A DNA stretch of 62,822 bases, filler included, from Stramenopiles sp. TOSAG23-2 (Eukaryota): the NCBI GenBank assembly GCA_900128395.1. It is 7 parts of 7 records of this genome, joined end to end, with 100 filler letters (N's around TTAATTAATTAA, not from the genome) between each part and the next. Parts side by side here need not be neighbours in the genome. Positions count along the whole stretch, not along the records: positions 26,988 to 35,878 come from LT650152.1; positions 35,979 to 44,862 come from LT650153.1; 5 more parts are not named here. One strand, written 5' to 3'. The position numbers and the translations under genes are program-made. Shown in pieces: positions 32,706 through 44,100 of this stretch (positions within the stretch are counted from its first letter, which is position 1; each line of letters opens with the position of its first letter). The notes beneath the pieces were generated by a model. It had not been told where the DNA came from and did no database searches. It saw only the letters and a program-made list of their open reading frames with translations.

Positions 32706-32932
32706 TTTTCTTCTACGATTCGTATAAACTACGAATATGCGTTGGTCGTCAACCCTGTAAATATATCAGAAAAATTCTCTCTCTCTCTTTAATTAGAATA
32801 TCAACACCCTAAGTGTGAGATCAGATATTATTTTGCTTCTCACTTATTGTTTTTCTTCTACGATTCGTATAAACTACGAATATGCGTTGGTCGTCAACCC
32901 TGTAACTATATCAGAAAAATTCTCTCTCTCTC
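32706..32932. repeat. Spaced ~80-bp direct duplication with one SNP
   Basis: tttcttctacgattcgtataaactacg...ctgtaa(a/c)tatatcagaaaaattctctctctctc at ~32706 and ~32851. Confidence 0.88.
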
Positions 32933-32962
32933 ATACACTCTCCCTCTCTCTCTCTTCAAAAT

Positions 32963-35878
32963 TCAAAACCCAGATGGTCCATTATCATATGCTTTGACAC
33001 CGCCACCATTTACTAAATCCCTATCTGCTAATTGATTGGTTACAATATTTTTTAATGCCACTCCCACATCATTATGCAATGCTTTCACAGTTATCCTATA
33101 TTTTAATGATTGTGGATTGCATTCTAAACGCATCATGCATCCTACAGAAACAGGATTGCCGGTTGGAGTTTTTTGTCCAGTCCTAAAAACACCACAACAA
33201 GAAATGGAATTTTGATTATCAAGTCCTTGTATGATCGCTAGTCTACATCCACCCGATAGAAGAGCACGAATTTTATCCATAGCAATTTGACCTTTTGCTG
33301 GGAAAATTTGTACCGTTTGCTTTTCTTCTGAAATTTGCATCCATCGTTGTTTAAAGACACTTGCTTCTATATTAGTACCTTCGAAAAAACGTGTAGCAAC
33401 AATTGGCAATCGCAATAAATATTCATAATTTTGTCCATCCAAATTCATTGTAATTTTTACTTGAGGTGGATTAACAAAAGGTCGCATAACCATGAATTGC
33501 ATCGAAAACTTGTATTGTGACTTTGGATTGACACTTTCACCTGGTTTCGTTGTTGGCGGTTGCTTGTTTTTACCCCAACTCAAATAATTAACGGATTGTA
33601 CATTGATGTTGAAATTCGTAAATGGACTGGATTGGTTTTTATTACCAATAAACAACATCACGCGCCCCATTGCACCTTGGTATTGCTGTTGTATACCAAC
33701 TTGTATTTCATTATCTTCGTACAAGATAGATTTCGGGCATACGCATGCATCACGGAAACATTTCATAACTTTTCCCATCATTTCTTTTGGTATTGTCTTT
33801 GGTTCAGAACTGCCACCAAAATCACCCAATAAATCATCATCGCCTCCTCCTCCATTCATATCATTATTAGTATTTCCATTCATCGAAAGTCCTAATAAAT
33901 CATCGTCACCACCATTACTATTATTACTATCACTATTGCCACGTCCTTCTTTCGTAGTTGTTTCTAAACCTAAAATATCTTCATCTTCGCTATTGTCTGA
34001 TCCAGATTCACCAGAAACAGAATCGCTGGCACTATCCTCACTGCCACTGTCATCACTACCATCATCCCGCTTATTAGTAATGGCTTTCTTTTTTCTTGAT
34101 TTCCTCTTTATCGATGCTCCATCATGTTTTTCCGCATCTTTATCTTCCTGCCCTTGTTTTTTTGCATCCAATATTGCTTCTAGTACCGAGGCACGATCTT
34201 CCGCATAATGTGGCATACTTTCCAATACATGTTCAATTAATTCTGGTTTGTTTAAGCTTGGCAAGGCAAGGTATTCTACTGCACGTTGTTGCACTTCCAT
34301 ATCAATATGACCACCCATTTCTTTGAATATTGGTAGAATTGTATTTCGGACATCATCATCATGCAAACTAACCATTTTTACATAGGATGATAACATCAAT
34401 GCCTGTGTTAATGGCATCAATTGTTTGGAGAAATGTGCATGGATCACATTAAATTGTTCCAAACCACTGACAGGGTTCACTTCTTTATCAGCCAATAAAT
34501 AACCAAACTCACCTAATACATATGCTCCAAGGCATATCAATGTTTCATCTGCTCCTGGCGGTATGATTGTTTCATAAATTTGTTGTGTAGCATATAATTG
34601 AATATCTTCATTATTGGTAACAATTTGCACGACACGATGCCAAATTTCTTTTGATATGTATGCACCAGCAACGCGTATCATTTGCAACACAGTATCTATG
34701 TACCAGTTTAAATTTTTAGCAAACCGTTCTGCTAAAATGGCTATTTTCAAAACCATTTCTTCTTTGATATCATATTCAGCAATGACAAGATGTTGCAATA
34801 ACTCCTCGACAACATCTTCTGAATTATTTGCATTACACATAGCAAACATCAATTCCAATGCACGACGTCGGATACTAATATCCCCATCTTTCAATGAAAA
34901 CAAAATACGTGATTTATGTTGATCAATATCCGTATCATTTGCAAACTTGGCCAATTTGCTCATCGAGGATAAGCCTAAGTAACGTATATTTGGTTCTCGA
35001 ACTGCAATATATTTACCTAATAATTCAACTGCTTTTGATCGTAACTTTTCATCACTGCGATATTCTTGATGTATAATCAAATTAATTGCTTCAAATAAAA
35101 TGGAATGATCTGAATTGTTTTTATTTACGCTCTTTGTAACTTCCGTACGTGATAAAATGCGCTCCAACACTTCATTTAAACGTCCAACCAACGTGGAATC
35201 TGTTGGCAATGGGAAATATTGCAACATTCGCAATAATTTAACTTGTAACCATGGGCATGCAGTATTGTAATACAAATAATCGGATGGACATGCTTTATGT
35301 ATTACTAATTGAGTCAAACACATGATACAACGTGGTACGCAATCTTCAAGGTATTGTGTACTGGAGGATACCATATTCAATAGTAAACTAACAACTGCAA
35401 TTCGCACTCCAATATTTTTTTGTTCCAATAAACCGATTAATGGACCTGCACTTTCCTCCAAATCAATAACAGTTTCGTCTATTCTATATAAACGTAACAA
35501 TGTTAATGCAGCTTTTTTACGTACAACATCACGTGTAGCAGGTGAAAGCAATACACGTTGTACATCAGCAGCAACTGCTTCCGTCAATTGTGTACCGCCA
35601 ATATTTGCAGTACCAGCTAATGCTAAACTTTGAACTGCATCGCTATTAGATTTTAAATCTTGGCGTATTGTATTGATAACAAGTGTCATCATATCATCCG
35701 TATTTTTTAATAATAAAGATATACCAACATATCCAACATGTTTCTCTGCATATTTAGATGCACTTAAACAATTAATCATTTCCATATGTCCGAAATCAAC
35801 TTCATATCCAAGCATAAACATGTATATCATTTTCCACACGTATTTCTTTCGACTGTAACTTTCCAATCGTTTTCCACT
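32963..35878 (-). CDS. AP2A: AP-2 complex subunit alpha (5'-truncated at contig end)
   Basis: YSRKKYVWKMIYMFMLGYEVDFGHME, PWLQVKLLRMLQY, EPNIRYLGL, DISIRRRAL, EVQQRAVEY; acidic hinge and appendage domain. Confidence 0.96.
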   Translation of the reverse strand, partial: SGKRLESYSRKKYVWKMIYMFMLGYEVDFGHMEMINCLSASKYAEKHVGYVGISLLLKNTDDMMTLVINTIRQDLKSNSDAVQSLALAGTANIGGTQLTEAVAADVQRVLLSPATRDVVRKKAALTLLRLYRIDETVIDLEESAGPLIGLLEQKNIGVRIAVVSLLLNMVSSSTQYLEDCVPRCIMCLTQLVIHKACPSDYLYYNTACPWLQVKLLRMLQYFPLPTDSTLVGRLNEVLERILSRTEVTKSVNKNNSDHSILFEAINLIIHQEYRSDEKLRSKAVELLGKYIAVREPNIRYLGLSSMSKLAKFANDTDIDQHKSRILFSLKDGDISIRRRALELMFAMCNANNSEDVVEELLQHLVIAEYDIKEEMVLKIAILAERFAKNLNWYIDTVLQMIRVAGAYISKEIWHRVVQIVTNNEDIQLYATQQIYETIIPPGADETLICLGAYVLGEFGYLLADKEVNPVSGLEQFNVIHAHFSKQLMPLTQALMLSSYVKMVSLHDDDVRNTILPIFKEMGGHIDMEVQQRAVEYLALPSLNKPELIEHVLESMPHYAEDRASVLEAILDAKKQGQEDKDAEKHDGASIKRKSRKKKAITNKRDDGSDDSGSEDSASDSVSGESGSDNSEDEDILGLETTTKEGRGNSDSNNSNGGDDDLLGLSMNGNTNNDMNGGGGDDDLLGDFGGSSEPKTIPKEMMGKVMKCFRDACVCPKSILYEDNEIQVGIQQQYQGAMGRVMLFIGNKNQSSPFTNFNINVQSVNYLSWGKNKQPPTTKPGESVNPKSQYKFSMQFMVMRPFVNPPQVKITMNLDGQNYEYLLRLPIVATRFFEGTNIEASVFKQRWMQISEEKQTVQIFPAKGQIAMDKIRALLSGGCRLAIIQGLDNQNSISCCGVFRTGQKTPTGNPVSVGCMMRLECNPQSLKYRITVKALHNDVGVALKNIVTNQLADRDLVNGGGVKAYDNGPSGF

Positions 35879-35978
35879 NNNNNNNNNNNNNNNNNNNNNN
35901 NNNNNNNNNNNNNNNNNNNNNNTTAATTAATTAANNNNNNNNNNNNNNNNNNNNNNNNNNNNNNNNNNNNNNNNNNNN
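35879..35978. other. Artificial contig linker
   Basis: N44-TTAATTAATTAA-N44. Confidence 0.98.
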
Positions 35979-36452
35979 TGTGTTTTTCTGCCATGTTTTC
36001 TGTTTTTCATTTCCTATCATATTTATACTTAATGTGGTCCTTTTCATATACTCAGTAGATTTGTAGTGTTTGATATATTTGATAGGACAGATTAGGTATT
36101 TTTTGTACTTGAGAGTAGATTGTTTTTTTTCGAATTTTTATCTTTTTTTTCCAAAATCTTATGCATCAGATAAAACATCGGCCCACCAGTTGTGGTAATC
36201 CTGTCTTTCTTTTTTTGCAAATAGTATTACCATAATACATGGACACACCATTGTTGTTATAAACTGGATTATGTACCAAAAAAAACTAAAAAAACCAAAA
36301 AAAACATATGGCACTTTGCTGTGTTATGGTTGCTTATATATATCATACACTAAAATAAATAAATAAAAGTACGTGTTCTCTCACAGACGACATACATACA
36401 ATACAATACACATAATTTGATATACAAAAAATATACAAATAGATACCCAATT

Positions 36453-38108
36453 ATGACGTCTACGATATTAAATACCGTAGCGAACTATGTATCTTCCACC
36501 AAATTGATTGCTAATGTAACTAAAGTGAGTTGTGTAGCAGAACCATGTAGTTTCTTAGATAATATGTGTTTAGATAATATTGATTATATCCCAAATAGTT
36601 TTCAACCGAATTGCCCTGGTAATAGTATTGGCATCTTTATAGAAATCTGCATGTTTTTATATGCAATGCTTGGTTTAGCCATCGTATGCGATGACTATCT
36701 ATGCGTAGCATTGGAGCGTCTGTGCGATGTATATAACATACGAGAGGACGTTGCTGGTGCAACATTTATGGCATTTGGTTCAGCTGCACCTGAAATTATA
36801 GTAAATGCAGTTAGTACGCTTAAACAAGCGAAAGCCAAGCCAGGCGATCTTAGTGCAATCGATGCTACAAATACCGGTGTAGGTGCTATTTTAGGCAGTG
36901 GAATGATAGCGTTCTTGATCATTCCAGGAGCATGCGCATTGTCAACAGATGATGGCATCCAGCTATTGTTAAAAAGAAGACCATTGTTACGGGATGTTGG
37001 AGCATATGCAATAGCACTTTTACTTTTATGCATATTTTTTCACGATGGAAAAATAAAACTTTATGAATCAGCAACGTTAGTTTCATTCTATATAGTATAC
37101 GTTATAGTAGTTGTATTTGCACCTACAGTACGCCGTGAATATCGCCATAGGATTTTGAAAAAGCCAAAGAAAAAGCGCAAAAGCTTCGTGAAGAAGAAAA
37201 GTGATGGTAGTAATTTAAGTAACGTGATGGATCAACCATTATTATCTGGAGATGATAGTAATGTTGAAACAAATGAAGTGCCAATTGATGATTCATACGG
37301 AAGCACGAGCGAAGAAGGCAATGATTCAAAACCTCGTGTTAGGTTCGGAGACCACGGCGATGATGGACCTCTTGATGTTACCATATTAGGCGATACAAAC
37401 GCTAAAGACGGAAACGAAGGACTAAGCTTAAACGGAGGTAGCTCCGATGACGACGACGATGATGAACCGAGTGGTCCTATTGGAAAATGTATTTCGATTC
37501 TTGCAAAGCCTTTGACAGTAATATTTGAATGGACATGCTTTCCATGCGAAGAAGGCAGTAAATATGAAAATTATTATCCACTAACTTTTCTCATTTCATT
37601 TATTTGGGTTTCATTTTTCAGTTTTATAATTGGAACATGCGTGCAACGATGGGTATTATTTACACCAGATTGGATGAAAGGAAGTTTTTTTGGTTTGATA
37701 ACAATAGCAATTGGTGCAGAGATTCCAGACACTATCCAATCGGTTACGATGGCGAAACGTGGTTATGGCAGTATGGCCGTATCTAATGCATTAGGCAGCC
37801 AAATTATCAATATATTAATAGGTCTTGGATTACCATGGTTATTAGTGGACTCTTTCGGCGGACGTGAAGGAGGTGTATGTGTGACTGACCATATAAGTTT
37901 ACAATTTGCTGCTAGTTTCCAATTCTGTGCCGTAGCAATGAATTTTATATTATTACTTGGTGTAGCTGTGTACCAACGTACTAACAAAGCACATTTAACA
38001 AAATTTAAAGGTAAAATTTTCCTTGGTGCATATGCTGTTGTAGTAATATCATATTGCTTGAGCGTCGCATTTGGAAGAAGAAATGCTAAGTCTCCGTGTG
38101 ATTTTTAA
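36453..38108 (+). CDS. K+-dependent Na+/Ca2+ exchanger-like (NCKX, CaCA family)
   Basis: Alpha-1 repeat DVAGATFMAFGSAAPE...GVGAILGS; alpha-2 GLITIAIGAEIPD...MAVSNALGSQIINILIGLGLPW; acidic central loop. Confidence 0.93.
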   Translation: MTSTILNTVANYVSSTKLIANVTKVSCVAEPCSFLDNMCLDNIDYIPNSFQPNCPGNSIGIFIEICMFLYAMLGLAIVCDDYLCVALERLCDVYNIREDVAGATFMAFGSAAPEIIVNAVSTLKQAKAKPGDLSAIDATNTGVGAILGSGMIAFLIIPGACALSTDDGIQLLLKRRPLLRDVGAYAIALLLLCIFFHDGKIKLYESATLVSFYIVYVIVVVFAPTVRREYRHRILKKPKKKRKSFVKKKSDGSNLSNVMDQPLLSGDDSNVETNEVPIDDSYGSTSEEGNDSKPRVRFGDHGDDGPLDVTILGDTNAKDGNEGLSLNGGSSDDDDDDEPSGPIGKCISILAKPLTVIFEWTCFPCEEGSKYENYYPLTFLISFIWVSFFSFIIGTCVQRWVLFTPDWMKGSFFGLITIAIGAEIPDTIQSVTMAKRGYGSMAVSNALGSQIINILIGLGLPWLLVDSFGGREGGVCVTDHISLQFAASFQFCAVAMNFILLLGVAVYQRTNKAHLTKFKGKIFLGAYAVVVISYCLSVAFGRRNAKSPCDF

Positions 38109-38470
38109 ATGTGTGTAATATATATCATATATATCTAGATCTAGATATATAAATATACATGTGTGCATGTATTGTATAAGGTTGCTGAAAGCATAATATT
38201 TATGATAGTTGTAGAGAAGGAACAGGTTAAAAAAATTGGTTTATATCGTATCATAAAAACATTACGAGTCGTGTACGCGTATTAAAATTTTTGTTGCGAG
38301 AGAGAGTAAAAATATATACCAGCAGGTGTAAAATATTACTTTTATTTCATAAAATGAAAAATAATTTCCTAGATCCTCTTTTTTTTATTAAAATCGTACG
38401 TAGATCTCCCTAGAGAATAAAAACTACGAACGTTTTAATTTAATTAATGATGTATCACCGCTAAAAATAT

Positions 38471-39943
38471 TTAAGTTTTTACTACCTTTGTACTTGTATT
38501 ACCCACTGTTTCATTTAACAATTTAAATTGTTTCTGATTTTCAGGATCTAGTTCCCTACCAGATTTGGCCTTTACCTTTGTACCATATGCAACAAATTTA
38601 TCGAATTTACTGGCTTGTAAATTTAAACTAAATTGATTTAATGTATCTACTTCTATATTTTGATCCCAACGATTACATAATGAATCAAATAATTCTTCTT
38701 CACTTATGCCTGCATTGTTTTCTATTTCTTCCGATTTTTCGTTCCCTTTAGCACCACTATTTGCACCATCTTCTATAACTCCAAGCAATACTGCATCAAC
38801 ACCTTCATTAGCTTCTGTATTTTGTTCACCATCTAAAAGTGATACATCATATTCCCAATTTTTATCTATATTATCACCTTTCTCAATATTAGGACTGTTG
38901 TTTAATATATTATTTACGTCAATACTATATTTGATACCTTCTGTTTCTCCGTAACGTGTTTTTTTCCAATCCACAATATTACTTTCTTCGAAGACATAAT
39001 AATTATTTACTTCCTTCATGCTTGCACGGTTCGATTCATCAACCGTTAAAAGACCTTTTATCAGTTCATGGAGCGGGCCATTGGCAAGCATTTTATCTGA
39101 TGGATTTATAGTAATTTCTGGTCTAACATTTTTTTGCGCTTCAATCGCCTCAGACGTATCTCCACCAAATAATGGTTTTCCATGAAAAAGTTGATATAAT
39201 ATTAATCCATAACACCACCAATCATCTTTTTGCGTGTATACCATCATGGTATCATCTCCGCTAGGTGATTCTGGTGGATCGAATCGAACATCATCTAATT
39301 TATAAAGATCTGCAACTCCACTGCAGAGTACCTCCACGGGATATAAACTTATTGATGCATGGCCAGTTGGAGTTATTAAAATATTTCCAGGCCTTAACTC
39401 ACCATGCACTTGTTCTGCTTTATGTAATGCTTCTAACCCTAATGCAATTTCTGCTCCTAATTGCTTGGCAACATTCGATTCCAATCCATTTTTCTGATTT
39501 GAATTTATATAATGTACCAGATCCATAATGAACGGAGACGTTCCTAAGTACCATATTCGGCTTGATGCACTGTGAAATGAATGATACAATCTTATAACGT
39601 ATAAATTTTCTATCTCAGCGGATGTTTCCGATGCATCAACTATTTTTTCTAACAACATGGTATTACCTTCTAATACTTCTTTTTTATATAACTTTAAACA
39701 TACTTTGCGATCACCTTGGCCATTAAATTTACACAATTTTAAAGACTCTGCAGGATTTTCTGTCCGTTTTATCAATTTTGTAGTTGAAAAATTTCCTGAT
39801 CCAATTATAAATTTGCTATTCCCATTTCCATTTTGGTTCATTCCATATTTACCACCACCTCCAGGCACAACCGGTAATTTACTACCTGGTGATTTAGGTG
39901 CAGGAAAATTATTATTTGATGATGAAGATGCACATAAACCCAT
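38471..39943 (-). CDS. N-acylated AGC-like pseudokinase
   Basis: MGLCAS start; GSGNFS loop, VCLK, HGELRPGNILI (catalytic D to E), DFG replaced by SLY, DWWCYGLILYQLFHGKPLF. Confidence 0.8.
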   Translation of the reverse strand: MGLCASSSSNNNFPAPKSPGSKLPVVPGGGGKYGMNQNGNGNSKFIIGSGNFSTTKLIKRTENPAESLKLCKFNGQGDRKVCLKLYKKEVLEGNTMLLEKIVDASETSAEIENLYVIRLYHSFHSASSRIWYLGTSPFIMDLVHYINSNQKNGLESNVAKQLGAEIALGLEALHKAEQVHGELRPGNILITPTGHASISLYPVEVLCSGVADLYKLDDVRFDPPESPSGDDTMMVYTQKDDWWCYGLILYQLFHGKPLFGGDTSEAIEAQKNVRPEITINPSDKMLANGPLHELIKGLLTVDESNRASMKEVNNYYVFEESNIVDWKKTRYGETEGIKYSIDVNNILNNSPNIEKGDNIDKNWEYDVSLLDGEQNTEANEGVDAVLLGVIEDGANSGAKGNEKSEEIENNAGISEEELFDSLCNRWDQNIEVDTLNQFSLNLQASKFDKFVAYGTKVKAKSGRELDPENQKQFKLLNETVGNTSTKVVKT

Positions 39944-40179
39944 TCTTTAGAAAATTTTTTGCTTCAAAGACAAAACCAAAATTTATGTATATATATATGA
40001 ACTATTCTTCTAAATTTACAAAGTTTATAAACATACACGATTCTAATATAATTCTTGATGTAAATTTGTGTTGTGTATATTAATAAAATAGTTATCGTTG
40101 TATGAATAATAATATTAATATTTATTCACACACAACGACTTTCTTCTGACTTTTGTGCACTTTCTTCTTCTTTGGCACT

Positions 40180-40254
40180 TTTGCCTGGTTTGCCTGTGGT
40201 TTTGCTGCCAGTTTGCTGGTTTGCCAGGTTTGCTGGTTTGCCAGTTTGCAACCA
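40180..40254. repeat. Short degenerate TTTGC(C/T)-rich repeat upstream of the pseudokinase
   Basis: About 8 copies of tttgc/gtttgc in 75 bp. Confidence 0.6.
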
Positions 40255-41102
40255 AAAAAAAAAAAGGCTGTCGTCACCTGTTGAGGTGTGATTAAGGTGA
40301 TTTTGAGCATTTCAACAGTCCTTTTTGCATTCTGCATTCTGCAGGTACATGACTCATGGCCTTGATAAAGTATATGATTATTCTTGAGATTGAGTATTGA
40401 GCATATTACTTAGCACGAGAAGTAAAATTATTATAGCTTAGATTTTAACTATCATATATTAATTATGTACACATATATTACGATATGTATAAATCTTTAT
40501 TTAAATTATTTATAATTTTTTTTAAAGAAAAAGAAAATTTTACTTCGTATTTGTTTCATATTTCAATTGTTTCTTTTCTATAAGATGTTTTTGTTTCTCT
40601 TTCTAATTTTATTATTATTCTTTATATATTTATATGGATACGTGTTGTAATATAATGTAATGGTTCATGATATTATTTCAATTATATGCATAACAATACG
40701 TTTTCTAGTACGTGAACGTGCGAACTTCAACATGCAGATATCGATATCTTTTCTGGCCATAGAAAAATGAATCTTCAACCTAGAACAAATTTATGACGCA
40801 GTGCTACCACTACTGACGACTGGTGGTAGGCTCTAATAGAGGCCGAAAGTGAACTGACGGCTAAATACCTTATTATGCAATACTTAATATTTAAAATTAT
40901 TTATATTACGCGATCAATATAACGAAAATTTATTACTTTTAATACATATTAGAACAAATGTATATAATACATATAACAACTACTCGAAGTATATCTTCAT
41001 TCCTCTTCTAAACGTTTCTCTACAAAATTTCTCCATGTTTTTAATTGTTTCTTTGCATCGACTTCTTCCAAATATTTATGCTCTGATAATATAATTTTTT
41101 TT

Positions 41103-44100
41103 TTAACCTGTTACATATTCATAATCTGTATCGAAATCCTCGTTCTTTGCTCTGCTGTAATATGCTACAACTGATCCACGTCGATGGCTACATCCATTAG
41201 GCAAATTATGAGATGCAAAATATGAACCTCTGAGCTCCACAATTGAATCCTCAGGAAATTGTTTTTGTGCAGCGGTAAGACAGTCTTCGTACAAAACGCT
41301 TTTGTCCTCAGTCGTTGTTGTAGTCTTAAATATCCTTTTCAGCTCTGGTATCTCGCTCGCCATGCAAAAGAACATGTTTTTTTGTTGTGGTGTGAATCGA
41401 CATCTTGTTGGATCGAAAAAAGTTATACCATTACCATAGCTCATGACATTAAGTGACATGAGAGTATTACCAGGATGCCTAACAGCCTTTATATGATTAT
41501 AACAGACTTCGTTGTCGCTGTCAGTGGTCTGAATCCCATTATAATCAATATCCATACCAATCTTACCGGCAAACCCTTTTTCTTCAACAAATCTTCTTTC
41601 TAGTTCAATAAGGTGTTTTAAGTAAACCTGTGGTATAGTACCGTCGTCCATGTACTTCTGCACAGCTTCCTTCAGTTTATCTGTTATTTTCAAATCAATT
41701 GGTTTATTCCAATCGTCTTCGTTCAAGGTTTGAGAGAGAAGGCCACGACGCTTCTTCTCCTTCTTCTCCTTCTTCTCCTTCTTCTCCTTCTTCTCCTTCT
41801 TCTTCTTTTGGCCTTTTTCCTCTTCGCCTTTTTCCTCTTCGCCTTTTTCCTCTTCGTCTATATCAACATCTCTAGAGCCGCCTGTGTCTACTGCATCACC
41901 AGATCCCAGGTTGACGTCTTCATCCATTACATACTCAACTTGTGTATCCATAAAGGTCAAGCCAACAATGCTGAATCCCTGCATATTTGGCTCAGGCGGG
42001 GTATCGGTGCAGTAATCACCAAGCATACCGTCAAAGCTAGAAAATTTTTCGTCGAACGATGTGCACTCGCAATTTTCAACATCTCTATCAATATGATGGG
42101 TATGTTGTATACCAAATACGTGCCCAATTTCATGGGCAAGAACCCGGCCTGCGTAAGGATATGTCCAACTTCCTTTATTTTCAAAAGCTTTCAAGCTCAT
42201 CCACACCCTTGGCTTCTTGTTAGTTTCGGGGTTATTAGCTACCCCAGCATATGGGTTCATATTCCAAAAAATCATGAGTCCAGTTACACCCTCAGATGCA
42301 AAAGACGCTTTTGCCTCGTCATAATGCTCGCGAGCTGCATCAAAACTATAATCTACCTCACTCTCTATGTGCCTTTCGTAATAATTGTAGAGTCCGTTGT
42401 CTACAATAGTATGAACAGAGAATTTACCAACAGTGATGCCCATATTCCTTTCAAAAATCTCTGAGCAGCGTGCTTGCGAATTTTCCAATAGCCCATCGAT
42501 ATCTGGTATTAGCGAGTCGCCCAGAATATCACCGGCCTCATTTGATATCAAAACATGAAATAAATTTATTGATCCTGATGGCTTACTATTTTTAAAACGA
42601 TTGCGATCTGCTGGGTCCGAACACAAGCCATTATATTTCATCGGAAAACTTAATTGTGGCTTACAAGTAGCATCAAAGTCTGTACTTGATGTTTTTTGTT
42701 TCTGGAAAACTTGCGTAAAACTAAAATCGCGTTTCCGAATATTTCGATACTTTACTCCTTTGACTTTCTCTTGCGAAGTCCCAGGTGCATGGTTTCTTTT
42801 CTTGCTCACGGACCCTGCAACTTGCCTTTTCCCTGATATTGTACTGGTCACAGGAGAACTTGTCCTCTGTCCGTTATCCCCTGAGCGTCGATCAAGCATT
42901 TGTTTTATCTGATTTGTATCGTCTGTACCTTCACCACTTTCGGCGATATTGTCTCCGTCACTCGTTTTAATTTCGTGCTCTTCAGCTGGTAAATTTTTCC
43001 TCTCTCTGCCATCCCCTGAGCGTTGATCAAGCATTTGTTTTATCTGATTTGTATCGTCTGCACCTTCACCACTTTCGGCCGTGTCGTCTTCGTCACTCGT
43101 TTCACTTTCGGGCTTCTGTGAGCTGGATGTGTGTTTACTTTCGACTTGCTCCTCGACGTCATCAGCATCGCCATCCTCGATCGTATCAAGATCATCAGAA
43201 TCCTCTTCCTCGATATATGGGACTGCAAAATAATCATCCAAGGAAGTATGATCTGACTTTGCTTTCTCGCCCTTTCTTTTTTTTGCAGCTAAGCGAGAAC
43301 GAACGTTTAACTCGACTTTATATTTACCATGTGGTTTACCCTGAAAGATGCATATACCATCCGCCCTCCGTCGCTTGTTTCCACATTTGTGCTCTTTGGG
43401 GCAATCTGCCGTGGATTTGCATATTCTTATATTTGTCTTGCACACACCTCTTTTCTTACCCAAATAGTAGCAACCGACTTGCCCACCTTTTAAACCATAC
43501 TTTGTACAGTCATTGTGACTTTGGCATGGATATTTCATCTTTGATTTGTTTTTCCTTCTCACTATCAATCGCTTTCGCTGTTGTTTACTTTGCTTTATCA
43601 ACACCTCCTTGCCATACAAACACTCACGGAATGGCTTCCCCTCTCTTTGGCGGGAGGAACACTTCGACATACACTCTTCTCGACTACTGTCAGCGATGAG
43701 CATTTTAATTTCTCGCGTTTTCGTTAACACAGTGCAGTCTTCTTTCTTCTTCATCTCTTTCTTCTTCTTCTTCTTTTTCTTCTTCTTTTTCTTCTTCTTT
43801 TTCTTCTTCTTTTTCTTCTTCTTTTTCTTATTCTTCTTCTTATTCTTTTTCCTCTTCTTCTTCTTATTCTTCTTCCTCTTTTTACCCTTCTTTTTCCTCT
43901 CAATATTTTTCCCTTTCTTTCTTTTGCTGTTGCGTTTACGTGAAGGCTGTCGCCTTGGCCTTTTGGGGCTCTTTCTGATGCTCCTCTTACTTTTAGACTT
44001 CTTTTTAGACACTTTCTTCTTGGCGCCAGACGTCTGTCCCTTCCCTTTGCTATTTCTCGTCACTTTCTTCTTGGCGCCAGATGTCTGTCCCTTCCCTTTG

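Noticed and set aside
40810-40856. Hammerhead ribozyme
   Set aside because: CUGACGA and GAAA are present, but CUGACGA is not directly followed by stem II and there is no room for stem I; kept only as a low-interest structured element
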